From contig JAIKYN010000036.1 of the NCBI GenBank assembly GCA_024683155.1, forward strand, positions 1-49,470: 49,470 bases of DNA, in the 5' to 3' direction. Position numbers and translations under genes: made by a program. The stretch's first letter is position 1, and each line of letters opens with the position of its first letter. The notes beneath the pieces were generated by a model. That model saw only the letters and a program-made list of their open reading frames with translations. It searched no databases and was not told where the DNA came from. Shown piece by piece: positions 16,593 through 25,613 of the stretch. This DNA is from Lachnospiraceae bacterium (lineage in GTDB: Bacteria; Bacillota; Clostridia; Lachnospirales; Lachnospiraceae).

Positions 16593-18872
16593 ATGATCAC
16601 CTTCATAGTTGCACTGGTTATACTATCTATCATCCTGTTATTTTGTATTGCCAGAACCTACTGGAGTACAAAAGCCATTGCCGGATCCGTGCTGCGCCTT
16701 CTGGCCAGTTCACTTTTACCGATCCTGGGCAATGTGATCCTGGTGGCAGGCCAGAATCCGGTTCTTGCAGATGCCGGTTACATCATCTATTTTGTGGGAA
16801 CCGACGTCATGCTGTTGTTCCTTCTGCGGTATGTCCTGCTCTATTGCGGCTATGAGCATGTCCATCTGAGCATCCTGGTTTCCGTCTATTCTCTGTATTC
16901 TCTGGACTGCCTGGCTCTTGTTTGCAATCCCCTGTTTCATCACGTATTTTCGACCAGACAGATCACCCTGCCCAGCGGCCTGATCTATTATCAGCTGGTC
17001 TCTGACTGGTACCACTATCTGCACCTGGTACTTACCCTGCTCCTTGTTCTGTCCATCTTTCTTATCCTGCTCCATAAGCTGTTCACCAGTCCGAAGATCT
17101 ACCGGGAGCGTTATCTGGTGATCCTGTTTTCCATGCTGGTGGTCTTTTTATGGGAAGCCTACTATATCCTGGCCAATATCCCCATCGATATGTCCATGAT
17201 CGGCTACATCGCCTGTGGCGTACTGATCTATTATTTCTCCATCGAATACGTTCCTTATTACCTGATGGACCGCATGCTGTCCAACATCGTCAGCCACCTT
17301 TCCGACGGTCTGCTGTTCTACGACGAGGGCGGTAACTGTATCTACGCTAACGACAGTGCCTATCATCTGTTTCATCTGAAGGAAAAAAGGCTGGAAACTC
17401 TTCGCCAACTGGTGGAGTCCACCATTGGAAGCGACTGGCCGCTTCCCGATAATACCCTTTGTTCCCGCCGTGTGGATGCCGGCAACCAGGAACTGACCCT
17501 GGAATTCAGTATGCGTTCCCTCTATGACAAGCGCCATCTGCTGATCGGCAGCTTTATCAACATCCAGGACCGTACGGAAGAAGAACGCCGTCTGTCTCTG
17601 GAGCGGTATCTGGCAACCCATGATAAACTTACCGGCCTGTACAATGCCGATTATTTCTACCAATGTGCCGAAAAGCTCCTGCGGGATAATCCGGAGCGGG
17701 AATACCTGATGATCGGCTCCGATATCAAGGAATTCAAGCTGATCAACGACATCTACGGCAACCGTACCGGAGATGCCATCCTGGTGAAGCTGGCACGTAC
17801 CATCGACCACTACGCAACGGGGGAGAGTGTCTACGGAAGACTGGACAACGATCGGTTTGGTCTGCTCATGCCCAAGGACCATTTCTCCGAAGAGCTTTTT
17901 GTAGAAGGCAGCAAGACCGTTCCCTATGTGGAAGCGGACATGAATTTCCCCATCGTCATCCATGTGGGTGTGTATGAGATCAAGGACCGTTCCCTTTCCG
18001 TGCAGATCATGATGGACCGTGCTTTTCTGGCCATTGCCGGGATCAAGAACGATCTGGAAAAACGGGTGGGATATTATACCGATCAGATCCGGGACGATAT
18101 CCTCTGGGAGCAGCGGATCTCCGGAACATTGGAAGAAGCCCTGCGAAACGGAGACGTGGTTCCGTACCTGCAGGCACAGATCGGAGCCGGCGGCAAAGTC
18201 GAAGGTGCGGAGGTGCTGGTCCGCTGGAATCATGTTTCCGAAGGATTCCTCTCTCCTGCCCGTTTTATCCCCATCCTGGAAAAGAACGGCATGATCGTCA
18301 ACATGGACCGGTACATCTGGGAATACGCCTGCAAGATCCTTGCCCACTGGAAAAGCCTGGGGCGCACGGACCTGTACCTGTCCGTTAATATCTCTCCCAA
18401 GGATTTCTATTTCCTGAACATCTACGAAACCTTTGTGGACCTGGTGGAAAAATACCGGCTGGATCCCAGATCTCTGCGGCTTGAGATCACAGAGACCATC
18501 ATCATCAGCGATATCAAGCACCGCCTGCAGACCATTATGAAGCTGCGGGAATACGGATTTATCCTGGAAATGGACGATTTCGGCAGCGGCTACTCTTCTC
18601 TGAGTATGTTAAAGGACCTGCCCATTGATATCTTAAAGATCGATATGAAATTCCTGTATCAGACCCAGGCACCTCAGCGGGGCCGCACCATTCTGGATCT
18701 GATCATCAAACTGGCCAAGGAGCTGGATATGCCGGTGATCGCAGAGGGCGTGGAAACCGCAGAGCAGGTAGAATTCCTGACGGAAATGGGCTGCGATATG
18801 TTCCAGGGCTTCTACTTTGCGAAGCCCATTCCACTGGATGCTTTTGAGCAGAATAACCACATTGGCTCCTGA
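16593..18872 (+). CDS. Membrane c-di-GMP phosphodiesterase: multi-TM, PAS, degenerate GGDEF, EAL
   Basis: About 220 aa of TM helices. PAS-like LSDGLLFYDEGGNCIYAND. The GGDEF position reads DNDRF (RLDNDRFGLL). The EAL domain is intact (EVLVRW, NISP, EITET, EMDDFGSGYSSL, KIDMKF, AEGVET, QGFYF). Confidence 0.9.
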   Translation: MITFIVALVILSIILLFCIARTYWSTKAIAGSVLRLLASSLLPILGNVILVAGQNPVLADAGYIIYFVGTDVMLLFLLRYVLLYCGYEHVHLSILVSVYSLYSLDCLALVCNPLFHHVFSTRQITLPSGLIYYQLVSDWYHYLHLVLTLLLVLSIFLILLHKLFTSPKIYRERYLVILFSMLVVFLWEAYYILANIPIDMSMIGYIACGVLIYYFSIEYVPYYLMDRMLSNIVSHLSDGLLFYDEGGNCIYANDSAYHLFHLKEKRLETLRQLVESTIGSDWPLPDNTLCSRRVDAGNQELTLEFSMRSLYDKRHLLIGSFINIQDRTEEERRLSLERYLATHDKLTGLYNADYFYQCAEKLLRDNPEREYLMIGSDIKEFKLINDIYGNRTGDAILVKLARTIDHYATGESVYGRLDNDRFGLLMPKDHFSEELFVEGSKTVPYVEADMNFPIVIHVGVYEIKDRSLSVQIMMDRAFLAIAGIKNDLEKRVGYYTDQIRDDILWEQRISGTLEEALRNGDVVPYLQAQIGAGGKVEGAEVLVRWNHVSEGFLSPARFIPILEKNGMIVNMDRYIWEYACKILAHWKSLGRTDLYLSVNISPKDFYFLNIYETFVDLVEKYRLDPRSLRLEITETIIISDIKHRLQTIMKLREYGFILEMDDFGSGYSSLSMLKDLPIDILKIDMKFLYQTQAPQRGRTILDLIIKLAKELDMPVIAEGVETAEQVEFLTEMGCDMFQGFYFAKPIPLDAFEQNNHIGS

Positions 18873-18917
18873 TTTTACTGGTTTTTTCAGTTTTTTAACA
18901 AAATTCAAAAAAAGGAC

Positions 18918-18946
18918 TTGCGTTTCCATGGGGAACAAGATATAAT
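18918..18946 (+). promoter_or_regulatory. Near-consensus promoter of the tRNA gene
   Basis: TTGCGT (18918-18923), 17-nt spacer, TATAAT (18941-18946). The tRNA 5-prime end lies 13 nt downstream. Confidence 0.7.
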
Positions 18947-18959
18947 CAATTTTGCGCTT

Positions 18960-19034
18960 CGGGGTGTGGCTCAGTTTGGCTAGAGCGCCACGTTAGGGAC
19001 GTGGAGGTCGCAAGTTCGAATCTTGTCACTCCGA
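18960..19034 (+). tRNA. tRNA-Pro, anticodon AGG (A34), no encoded CCA
   Basis: Hand-folded cloverleaf. Acceptor CGGGGTG/CACTCCG (C1:G72, A73). D arm GCTC-AGTTTGGCTA-GAGC. Anticodon arm CCACG-TTAGGGA-CGTGG (U33, A34 G35 G36, G37). Variable loop AGGTC. T arm GCAAG-TTCGAAT-CTTGT. Confidence 0.9.
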
Positions 19035-19039
19035 CGAGG

Positions 19040-19071
19040 ACACGGATCAGATTTCTGATCCGTGTTTTTTT
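19040..19071 (+). terminator. Intrinsic terminator of the tRNA gene
   Basis: 11-bp perfect stem ACACGGATCAG / CTGATCCGTGT with loop ATTT, followed by a run of T residues. Confidence 0.88.
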
Positions 19072-19118
19072 ATGCCCTATAATATTGCCCTGTCATATCC
19101 GGTTCAACAAGGTGCAAC

Positions 19119-19153
19119 AAAAAAGAGACGCCGCAGATTGCCTGCGCCGTCTC
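19119..19153 (-). terminator. Intrinsic terminator ending the ech-hyp operon (usable on both strands)
   Basis: 12-bp stem with one mismatch, GAGACGCCGCAG (19125-19136) / CTGCGCCGTCTC (19142-19153). The minus strand reads into TTTTTT and the plus strand into CTGTTTTTCTTTTT. Confidence 0.65.
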
Positions 19154-19207
19154 CTGTTTTTCTTTTTGATCCCTTATATTTCTTCGTTTCTTTCGTTTTT
19201 ACATAGG

Positions 19208-20212
19208 TCAGCAGATCCTGGGTAGTCCTTCTCCCTGCAGTACGTCCAGTGCCCGGATGCCGCCGATGGGAGTCTTTAAAAGCAGGTCTCCTGCCTTTCC
19301 ATCCGCTGCCTGACCGGGGTCTTCCACCCGTCCGATCACAACGGCATGTTCGCCGTAGGCTGCCCTGCGGATGGCGTTCAGTGCCTTCTCTGCTTCTTCA
19401 GCAGGTACTGCCGCGATCATCTTTCCTTCATTTCCCATATAAAGGGGATCCAGGCCCAGGAGGCCGCAGAAATCTCTTACCGCATTTGTAACCGGCAGTT
19501 TTTCTTCTTCCAGTGTGATCACTACGCCGGACGCTACCGCCAGTTCCTTTAACACCGATGCCAGACCGCCTCTGGTCACATCCCGCATGGTATGAACGTC
19601 CACCCGGTCCTTTTCCAGATTGGCTACCATTTCCGTTAAGGGCGCATTGTCGCTGACGATATCGTTGCTGATACTAAGGCGGCTGCCTAAGATAGCGGCG
19701 TGATGGTCTCCCAGATTACCGGAGAGGATCAGTACATCCCCCACCTGCAGGTTCTTTGCGGAGATCTCCACTCCGTCGGGAATAAAGCCTACACCGGCGG
19801 TATTGATCAAAATCCCGCCGTTTCCTTCGATCACCTTGGTATCACCGGCTACAATCTGTACACCGGCTTCCCGGGCCGTCTGTGCCATGGAGGACACGAT
19901 CCGCTTTAAAACCTCTGTATCCGCCCCTTCCTGCAGGATAAAACCACAGGTCAGATATTTGGGCACGGCTCCCCGCATCAGCAGGTCATTGACCGTTCCG
20001 CACACACACAGCCGGCCGATATCTCCTCCCGGAAATTCAATGGGGGTTACCACAAAGCTGTCGGTGGTGACAGCGATCCTTCCGCTTCCTTCCACTACAG
20101 CAGAATCTTCCATTTCATTGAGCACATCGTTGTCGAAGGCTTTTGCAAATATATCCCGGATCAGCTCGGAAGTAGCCGCTCCGCCGCTTCCGTGGGCCAT
20201 AGTTACGATCAT
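19208..20212 (-). CDS. hypE: Hydrogenase maturation protein HypE
   Basis: AIR-synthase-like fold motifs and the diagnostic C-terminus ...GEGLPRIC. Confidence 0.93.
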   Translation of the reverse strand: MIVTMAHGSGGAATSELIRDIFAKAFDNDVLNEMEDSAVVEGSGRIAVTTDSFVVTPIEFPGGDIGRLCVCGTVNDLLMRGAVPKYLTCGFILQEGADTEVLKRIVSSMAQTAREAGVQIVAGDTKVIEGNGGILINTAGVGFIPDGVEISAKNLQVGDVLILSGNLGDHHAAILGSRLSISNDIVSDNAPLTEMVANLEKDRVDVHTMRDVTRGGLASVLKELAVASGVVITLEEEKLPVTNAVRDFCGLLGLDPLYMGNEGKMIAAVPAEEAEKALNAIRRAAYGEHAVVIGRVEDPGQAADGKAGDLLLKTPIGGIRALDVLQGEGLPRIC

Positions 20213-20242
20213 GTTTATCCTTTCTGCCGCAATCGGCAGGGA

Positions 20243-21307
20243 CTAATTGTCCCGATTTAAATAATTCTGATAGCAGCTTCCCTCGGAGGAAACCATGCAG
20301 GCTCCCTGGGGCGAAAGCGGCGTACATACCTTTCCGAAAAGCGGACACTCCTTCGATGCGATCTTGCCCATCAGAACCTGATCGCAGCGGCAGGCCTTGT
20401 TGATCTTCTGATCATCGTCCAGCCCTCTGCTGCCTGCATCATACAAGGAAAATTCCGGCTTTAAATACAGCCCGGAGCCCGGGATATTTCCCATTCCCCG
20501 CCATACTGCGGGACCGGGTTCAAAATAGGTCTCCATCTTTTCAAGCGCCCTGGTATTTCCCTGCTCTGTGACCACGGAGGTATAGAAGTTCTTTACCAGT
20601 ACTTTGCCGGCCGAAAGGAGTTCTTCTTTCTTTTCACACATCCGCACGATGCCGTAGATCCCCGCCACCAGTTCTTTGGGGTTAAATCCCGTGATCCCGA
20701 AGGGGATCCGGTATTTTTGCGCCAAGGGGATATAGTAACTGCTTCCCGTGATCACGCTCACATGTCCGGGGGCAATAAAACCATCCAGCTTTGCACCGCC
20801 CTCGCACAGCCAGTCGATCACCGGCGGCATACATTTCAGGGCTGTGAGAAGCTGGAGATTGGTCAGTTTTTCTTCCCGGATGGCATCCAGCAGCACGGTG
20901 TATACCGGAATGGTGGTTTCAAAACCAACCGCCCCAAATACGTACCGCACCTGGGGATTTTCCTTGGCCAGACGGATCACATCCATGGGAGAATAGACCA
21001 TCTCTACCTTTGCCCCCAGCCCTTTGCTTTCATTCAGGGTCATCCTGCTTCCGGGAATCCGGAGCAGATCGCCGAAGGTGGTAATGGTCACCCCTTCCTC
21101 CAGGGCCAGATGGATCAGCTGATCCACATAGCCGGAGGGAGATACGCACACTGGGCATCCGGGTCCCGAAACCAGTTTGATCTTCGGGGACAAAACGCTG
21201 CGGATACCGGACTTTGCAATGGCCGCCGTATGGCTCCCGCACACTTCCATAAGGGTAATGGAAGGTCCGTCATATTGTTTCAGATACTCCATGTATTGTT
21301 CGATCAA
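20243..21307 (-). CDS. hypD: Hydrogenase maturation Fe-S protein HypD
   Basis: Motifs MEVCGSHT, GPGCPVCV, GFETT and PGHVS, with a C-terminal Cys cluster. Confidence 0.93.
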   Translation of the reverse strand: MIEQYMEYLKQYDGPSITLMEVCGSHTAAIAKSGIRSVLSPKIKLVSGPGCPVCVSPSGYVDQLIHLALEEGVTITTFGDLLRIPGSRMTLNESKGLGAKVEMVYSPMDVIRLAKENPQVRYVFGAVGFETTIPVYTVLLDAIREEKLTNLQLLTALKCMPPVIDWLCEGGAKLDGFIAPGHVSVITGSSYYIPLAQKYRIPFGITGFNPKELVAGIYGIVRMCEKKEELLSAGKVLVKNFYTSVVTEQGNTRALEKMETYFEPGPAVWRGMGNIPGSGLYLKPEFSLYDAGSRGLDDDQKINKACRCDQVLMGKIASKECPLFGKVCTPLSPQGACMVSSEGSCYQNYLNRDN

Positions 21308-21519
21308 AACGCATCCAGCTCCTTAAACAGATCTTCCAATTCGTCCGCTTCATCCTGACTGACGGTCTGAATGATACAGCCCGCGTGGACCAGAACCCGA
21401 TCTCCCGGTTTTACCTCCACCAGGCCGGTGGCTGCTTTTACGATGTTACCGTTAAAATCCACACTGGCATATTTATCGTCGATCAGTTCCGTTACTTTTC
21501 CGGGTAACGCTACACACAT
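21304..21519 (-). CDS. hypC: Hydrogenase assembly chaperone HypC
   Basis: Start set at the ATG-TGT codon pair at 21519 (MCVALPGKV), because HypC needs an N-terminal Cys. AAGAGG lies 6 nt upstream. The ORF-track start at 21537 is a GTG six codons upstream. ATGA overlap with hypD. Confidence 0.88.
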   Translation of the reverse strand: MCVALPGKVTELIDDKYASVDFNGNIVKAATGLVEVKPGDRVLVHAGCIIQTVSQDEADELEDLFKELDAF

Positions 21520-21533
21520 ATAAAACCTCTTTC

Positions 21534-23963
21534 TCACTGCCCAAGGGGCAGTACATACATCTGTCCCAGAGCTATGCCGCCATCGCCGCTGGGAACAAGC
21601 CGGTTGATATATACGGGAAGCCCTGTCTTTTTCAGGCTTTCCTCCAACAGTCCGGTCAGCAGGCGATTGTTCATGGTGCCGCCTCCCAGACAGATCCCTT
21701 CGATCTCACTTCTCTTTGATAATACCATATCTGCGATCCTGCGCGCCATGTCCGCCAGTGCTGCATGAAACTCCAGGGCAAGGGTCAAAGGATCCTCCCC
21801 GGCATTTCTTCGCAGGACCAGATCTGCCATAAACCGGGGAACATCCGCCCGGTAAATGGTCTTTTCCCCATCCTGCAGCGGCGTGATCGTAAAGGAAAGA
21901 CGTCCTTCTTTTTCCAGCAGCTTTTTGTATAAGGCTTTCCTGCTGCAAGGCGCTCCTTCCCTCTCCAGCAGACGCTGTACTTCCTCTTCGGCAGCTTTTT
22001 GCAGCAATTGCGGGCATTCTCCCTCAAAACTGTTTTCCCTCTCCAGTCCCAAGATGGCACAGGCTCCGTCAAAGAGTCGTCCCGCAGAGGACGTATAAAC
22101 TGTTTGCAGACCGTTTGCTCTGGCTGCCATGACCAGTTGCGCCTGCGGCTCCAGTGCAAAGGGGATCTCCTCTTTTGTAAGGTATCCCGCATCCGCCGCA
22201 GCAAGCCCGTAGCAAAGAGCTGCCTGCCAGGCATTTCTGGCTGCTGCATCACCGCCGGTGAGAGGAATATAGGATAATTGACCAACTCGGTCAAAGTTCT
22301 TTCGGTCACATACCAGAAACTCGCCGCCCCAGATGGCTCCGTCAGTTCCGTAGCCTGTTCCGTCAAAGGCGATGCCCAGTACGTTGTTCAGACCATATTC
22401 TGCCATCACAGCAGCGATGTGGGCATAGTGGTGCTGCACCGCTATCGGGTCGGAGCATCGTTTCCCGGTTTCCTGCACCGAAACATACCCGGGATGCAGA
22501 TCGCATCGGTATTCCTCCGGTGTGATCCCAAGAAGCTCCTCCATATGGTCAATGCCTTCTCTTCTCTTTTGAGCTGCCCGATAATCCTCCAGGTCTCCGT
22601 AATGACCGCTGAGGTAAACAGCCTTTTCCCGTCCCAAGGCAAACACAGCTTTCAGATCCCCGCCTGCGGCAAAGGTATCCCGGGGCAAAGCTTCCTTTAG
22701 GAAAACCGGTTCCGGCACATAGCCTCTGGCTCTCCGAATGATCTGTACCTGTTCTCTTCCGGACATTTCCACCACCTGGACCACAGAATCATCCAGACCG
22801 TTGTAGATGGGCCGATCGTTTCCCAGCACCAGGTCAATACCGTCTTCCCGGAGATAGTCCAGGATATGGGAATCCTCCGTGACAATGGGCTCTCCGCCCA
22901 GATTTCCGGAGGTCATGACCAGAGGACCTGCCTGTTGCATCAGCAGAATCTGCACCGGGTCACAGGGCAGCATGGCACCGATATAGGCACTTTGGTCGCA
23001 CACACCCTGCGCAAAACTCTTCCCCTTTGGCAGAGTTCTCTTCTTCGTCAGTACAATAGGGCGTTTGGAAGATTCCAACAATTCCCTTTCCAGCGGAGAG
23101 AGAATGCAATATTGTTCCACCCAGTCAATATCCGGAAACATAATGGCAAAGGGTTTGCGCTCCCGTTTTTTAAAGCTGCGGAGCTTTTGAGCCGCTTTTT
23201 CGTTATACGGATCGAAGGCGAAATGGTATCCGCCCACATTTTTGACAGCCAGGATCTTTCCCTGCTTTAAGGCTTCCCCTGCTTTGATCAGCAGACGATC
23301 GTCTGCCTCCTCCGACTCTTCCCGCAGGATCTGTCCCTTTTCCAGGCGGCACAAAAACAGCTTCGGCCCGCACTTCCTGCAGGCAATGGTCTGGGCGTGT
23401 CTTCGGATGTTATGAAGCTCTCCGTACTCTCTCTCACAGTCCGGACAGAAGGGAAAGATCTTCATGGTCAGGCTTTCCCGATCATAGGGCACCCGCTCCA
23501 TGATGGAGTACCTGGGACCACAGGATACACAGCTGATAAAGGGATGATGATATCTGCGGTTAGCCGGATCTTCCAGCTCTCTTTGGCATCTGGGACAGGT
23601 GGCCACATCCGCAGGCAGGATCCGGATCCGGTCTGCCTCCCTGCCACTTTCCCGGATCACAAAGCGCTCCGGATCACCGGAAAGCAGCCTGTATTCTTCC
23701 TGCGTCAGAAAAAGGGTTTCGATCCGCTCCACCCTTGCCCCTGGCAGCTCCTGATTTTTTCCATCAAAAGAAGAAAGGCGATAAGAAAAATCTTCTATCA
23801 CCTTTCTGTTTCCACATGCCAAAATGTGGACGATGCCGCCCACATTTTTTACAGTTCCCCGTATATTCAGTTTTTGTCCAAGCTCAGCGACATACGGTCT
23901 GAAGCCCACACCCTGGACCAGACCATATACCACCAGCTTGCACATCATAGTTTCATTCGTCAT
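21534..23963 (-). CDS. hypF: Carbamoyltransferase HypF
   Basis: Acylphosphatase domain VYGLVQGVGFRP, two CxxC-x18-CxxC zinc fingers, and YrdC and Kae1-like domains. Start set at ATG 23963 (MTNETMM). The 103 upstream codons of the ORF-track entry are an out-of-frame read-through of the echF tail. Confidence 0.9.
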   Translation of the reverse strand: MTNETMMCKLVVYGLVQGVGFRPYVAELGQKLNIRGTVKNVGGIVHILACGNRKVIEDFSYRLSSFDGKNQELPGARVERIETLFLTQEEYRLLSGDPERFVIRESGREADRIRILPADVATCPRCQRELEDPANRRYHHPFISCVSCGPRYSIMERVPYDRESLTMKIFPFCPDCEREYGELHNIRRHAQTIACRKCGPKLFLCRLEKGQILREESEEADDRLLIKAGEALKQGKILAVKNVGGYHFAFDPYNEKAAQKLRSFKKRERKPFAIMFPDIDWVEQYCILSPLERELLESSKRPIVLTKKRTLPKGKSFAQGVCDQSAYIGAMLPCDPVQILLMQQAGPLVMTSGNLGGEPIVTEDSHILDYLREDGIDLVLGNDRPIYNGLDDSVVQVVEMSGREQVQIIRRARGYVPEPVFLKEALPRDTFAAGGDLKAVFALGREKAVYLSGHYGDLEDYRAAQKRREGIDHMEELLGITPEEYRCDLHPGYVSVQETGKRCSDPIAVQHHYAHIAAVMAEYGLNNVLGIAFDGTGYGTDGAIWGGEFLVCDRKNFDRVGQLSYIPLTGGDAAARNAWQAALCYGLAAADAGYLTKEEIPFALEPQAQLVMAARANGLQTVYTSSAGRLFDGACAILGLERENSFEGECPQLLQKAAEEEVQRLLEREGAPCSRKALYKKLLEKEGRLSFTITPLQDGEKTIYRADVPRFMADLVLRRNAGEDPLTLALEFHAALADMARRIADMVLSKRSEIEGICLGGGTMNNRLLTGLLEESLKKTGLPVYINRLVPSGDGGIALGQMYVLPLGQ

Positions 23964-23988
23964 ATACTTGGATCTAAATTGCGAAGAA

Positions 23989-24483
23989 TCACTCCGTTTT
24001 GGGTGCTTCCGCTGCCGAAGCTGCTTCTGCTGCTTTGGCTGCTTCAGCAGCTTTTGCTGCTTCCGCTGCTTTCTTTGCTGCCATAGCGGCAGCGGCCTTC
24101 TCAGCTGCTTCCTTACGCTTTGCTTCTTCCGCAGCAAGGACCTCGGGAGACTTGGTATAAGTTGCAGCAACCTTCTCTCCGCCGGGTTCCTGATAACCGG
24201 GAACAACGCTGAGACACTTCTTAGGACATTTCTCTGCGCAGTAACCACAGACGATACAATTGAAACGGTCAATGGTCCAGGTTCCCTTGTTACGATCTAC
24301 TTCCAGAGCACCGCAGGGACATACGCGCACGCACATACCACAGGAAATACAGTCATCTACACTGATCTCAATGTGGCCGCGGCTTCTCTCCGGATATACA
24401 GCCGGCTCAGCAGGATAGCTGGTCGTTACCGGCTTTTTAAACATATTTTTCAGCGCCGTAGGCGCAAATTGCATGATTGCCAT
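23989..24483 (-). CDS. echF: Ech hydrogenase 2x[4Fe-4S] subunit (EchF/NuoI-like) with an Ala/Lys/Glu-rich C-terminal tail
   Basis: CISCGMCVRVCP and CIVCGYCAEKCP motifs. Start at ATG 24483 (MAIMQF) with AGGAGG upstream. The tail is AAEEAKRKEAAEKAAAAMAAKKAAEAAKAAEAAKAAEAASAAEAPKTE. Confidence 0.88.
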   Translation of the reverse strand: MAIMQFAPTALKNMFKKPVTTSYPAEPAVYPERSRGHIEISVDDCISCGMCVRVCPCGALEVDRNKGTWTIDRFNCIVCGYCAEKCPKKCLSVVPGYQEPGGEKVAATYTKSPEVLAAEEAKRKEAAEKAAAAMAAKKAAEAAKAAEAAKAAEAASAAEAPKTE

Positions 24484-24529
24484 ATTAACCTCCTGTGTCA
24501 CTTCATAGCGACTTCCACGTGAATGTTCA

Positions 24530-25612
24530 TTACCGCTCGGTACAACTGATACAAGGATCAATTGTAAGCACCAGAAGGCCTACATCCGCCAGTTCTGTGT
24601 TCTTAAGCATCTCACAGAGACCGGGAACGTTTGCGAAGGTCGGTGTGCGGACTCTCATACGCTGCAGGTTCGGCTTACCGTTGGCTTTTACATAGTAGAA
24701 CGCTTCACCACGGGGCTGCTCAACACGCATGAAATATTCACCATCGGGGTTACCCTTAATGGCTACAGCCAGATCGCCTTCTGCAGGGATCTTTGCCACC
24801 GCCTGACGGATCAGATCGATGGACTGGAACAGCTCCTGCATACGAACGTAGCATCTTGCATAGCAGTCACCGTCTTCACTGATGATCGGCTCAAAATCAA
24901 GCATCGGATATGCGGCATACCCTAAGGTTCTCATATCGGAAACCACTCCGCTGGCTCTTGCAAACGGTCCAACGGCACCAAGGCGATTGATCTGTTCCTT
25001 GGTCAGTACACCGACACCCTTTAATCTGGACTGTACGGAATAGTCGTTGAAGAAGGTCTTCTTCATCTCCTTCAGTTCTTCTTCCACTTCATCCATGGTG
25101 GTTAAAATGATCTTCAGCATATCCGCGGGGATGTCTTTCATTACACCACCCACTTTATTTACAGAGAAGATCAGACGTCCGCCGGAGGTCATCTCCTGCA
25201 GATCCAGAACCTTCTCACGTACTCTCCAGCACTGATAGAACAGGTTCTCAAAACCAAAACCGTCTGCCAGAAGACCCAGCCATAACAGGTGGCTGTGCAT
25301 TCTTCCGATCTCAGCCCAGATGGTACGAAGGAATTTCGCACGATCGGGGATATCTACACCAAAGATATGCTCCACTGCTTCGCAATAGCCCATACCATGC
25401 TGGAAAGAGCAGATACCACAGGTTCTCTCTACAACATATGTCATCTGGTTAAAATCACGCTTATCAACCAGACCTTCCAAACCTCTGTGAATAAATCCGA
25501 TGGAAGGAATTGCTTCAATGACTCTCTCATCTTCTACTACCAGGTCAATATGAATTGGCTCCGGAAGAACGGGATGCTGAGGACCAAAAGGAATTACGCT
25601 TCTTTTACCCAT
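24530..25612 (-). CDS. echE: Group-4 [NiFe] hydrogenase large subunit (EchE/NuoD-like)
   Basis: N-terminal Ni-Fe motif RTCGICSFQH. The C-terminal DPCISCTER is followed directly by the stop codon. Confidence 0.93.
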   Translation of the reverse strand: MGKRSVIPFGPQHPVLPEPIHIDLVVEDERVIEAIPSIGFIHRGLEGLVDKRDFNQMTYVVERTCGICSFQHGMGYCEAVEHIFGVDIPDRAKFLRTIWAEIGRMHSHLLWLGLLADGFGFENLFYQCWRVREKVLDLQEMTSGGRLIFSVNKVGGVMKDIPADMLKIILTTMDEVEEELKEMKKTFFNDYSVQSRLKGVGVLTKEQINRLGAVGPFARASGVVSDMRTLGYAAYPMLDFEPIISEDGDCYARCYVRMQELFQSIDLIRQAVAKIPAEGDLAVAIKGNPDGEYFMRVEQPRGEAFYYVKANGKPNLQRMRVRTPTFANVPGLCEMLKNTELADVGLLVLTIDPCISCTER

Positions 25613-25613
25613 A

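Noticed and set aside
17148-18521. 457-aa minus-strand ORF
   Set aside because: It is antisense to the GGDEF-EAL gene. Same codon-bias artefact.
19035-19207. Integration hotspot or genomic island next to the tRNA
   Set aside because: Only 170 nt separate the tRNA from the hyp operon terminator. There is no integrase, no direct repeat of the tRNA 3-prime end and no compositional shift.
23964-24272. 103-codon N-terminal extension of the hypF ORF (Q/K/R/L-rich)
   Set aside because: It overlaps the echF Ala/Lys tail in another frame. HypF homology (the acylphosphatase domain) begins at the ATG at 23963. The extension is a by-product of the GCAGC-rich repeat.
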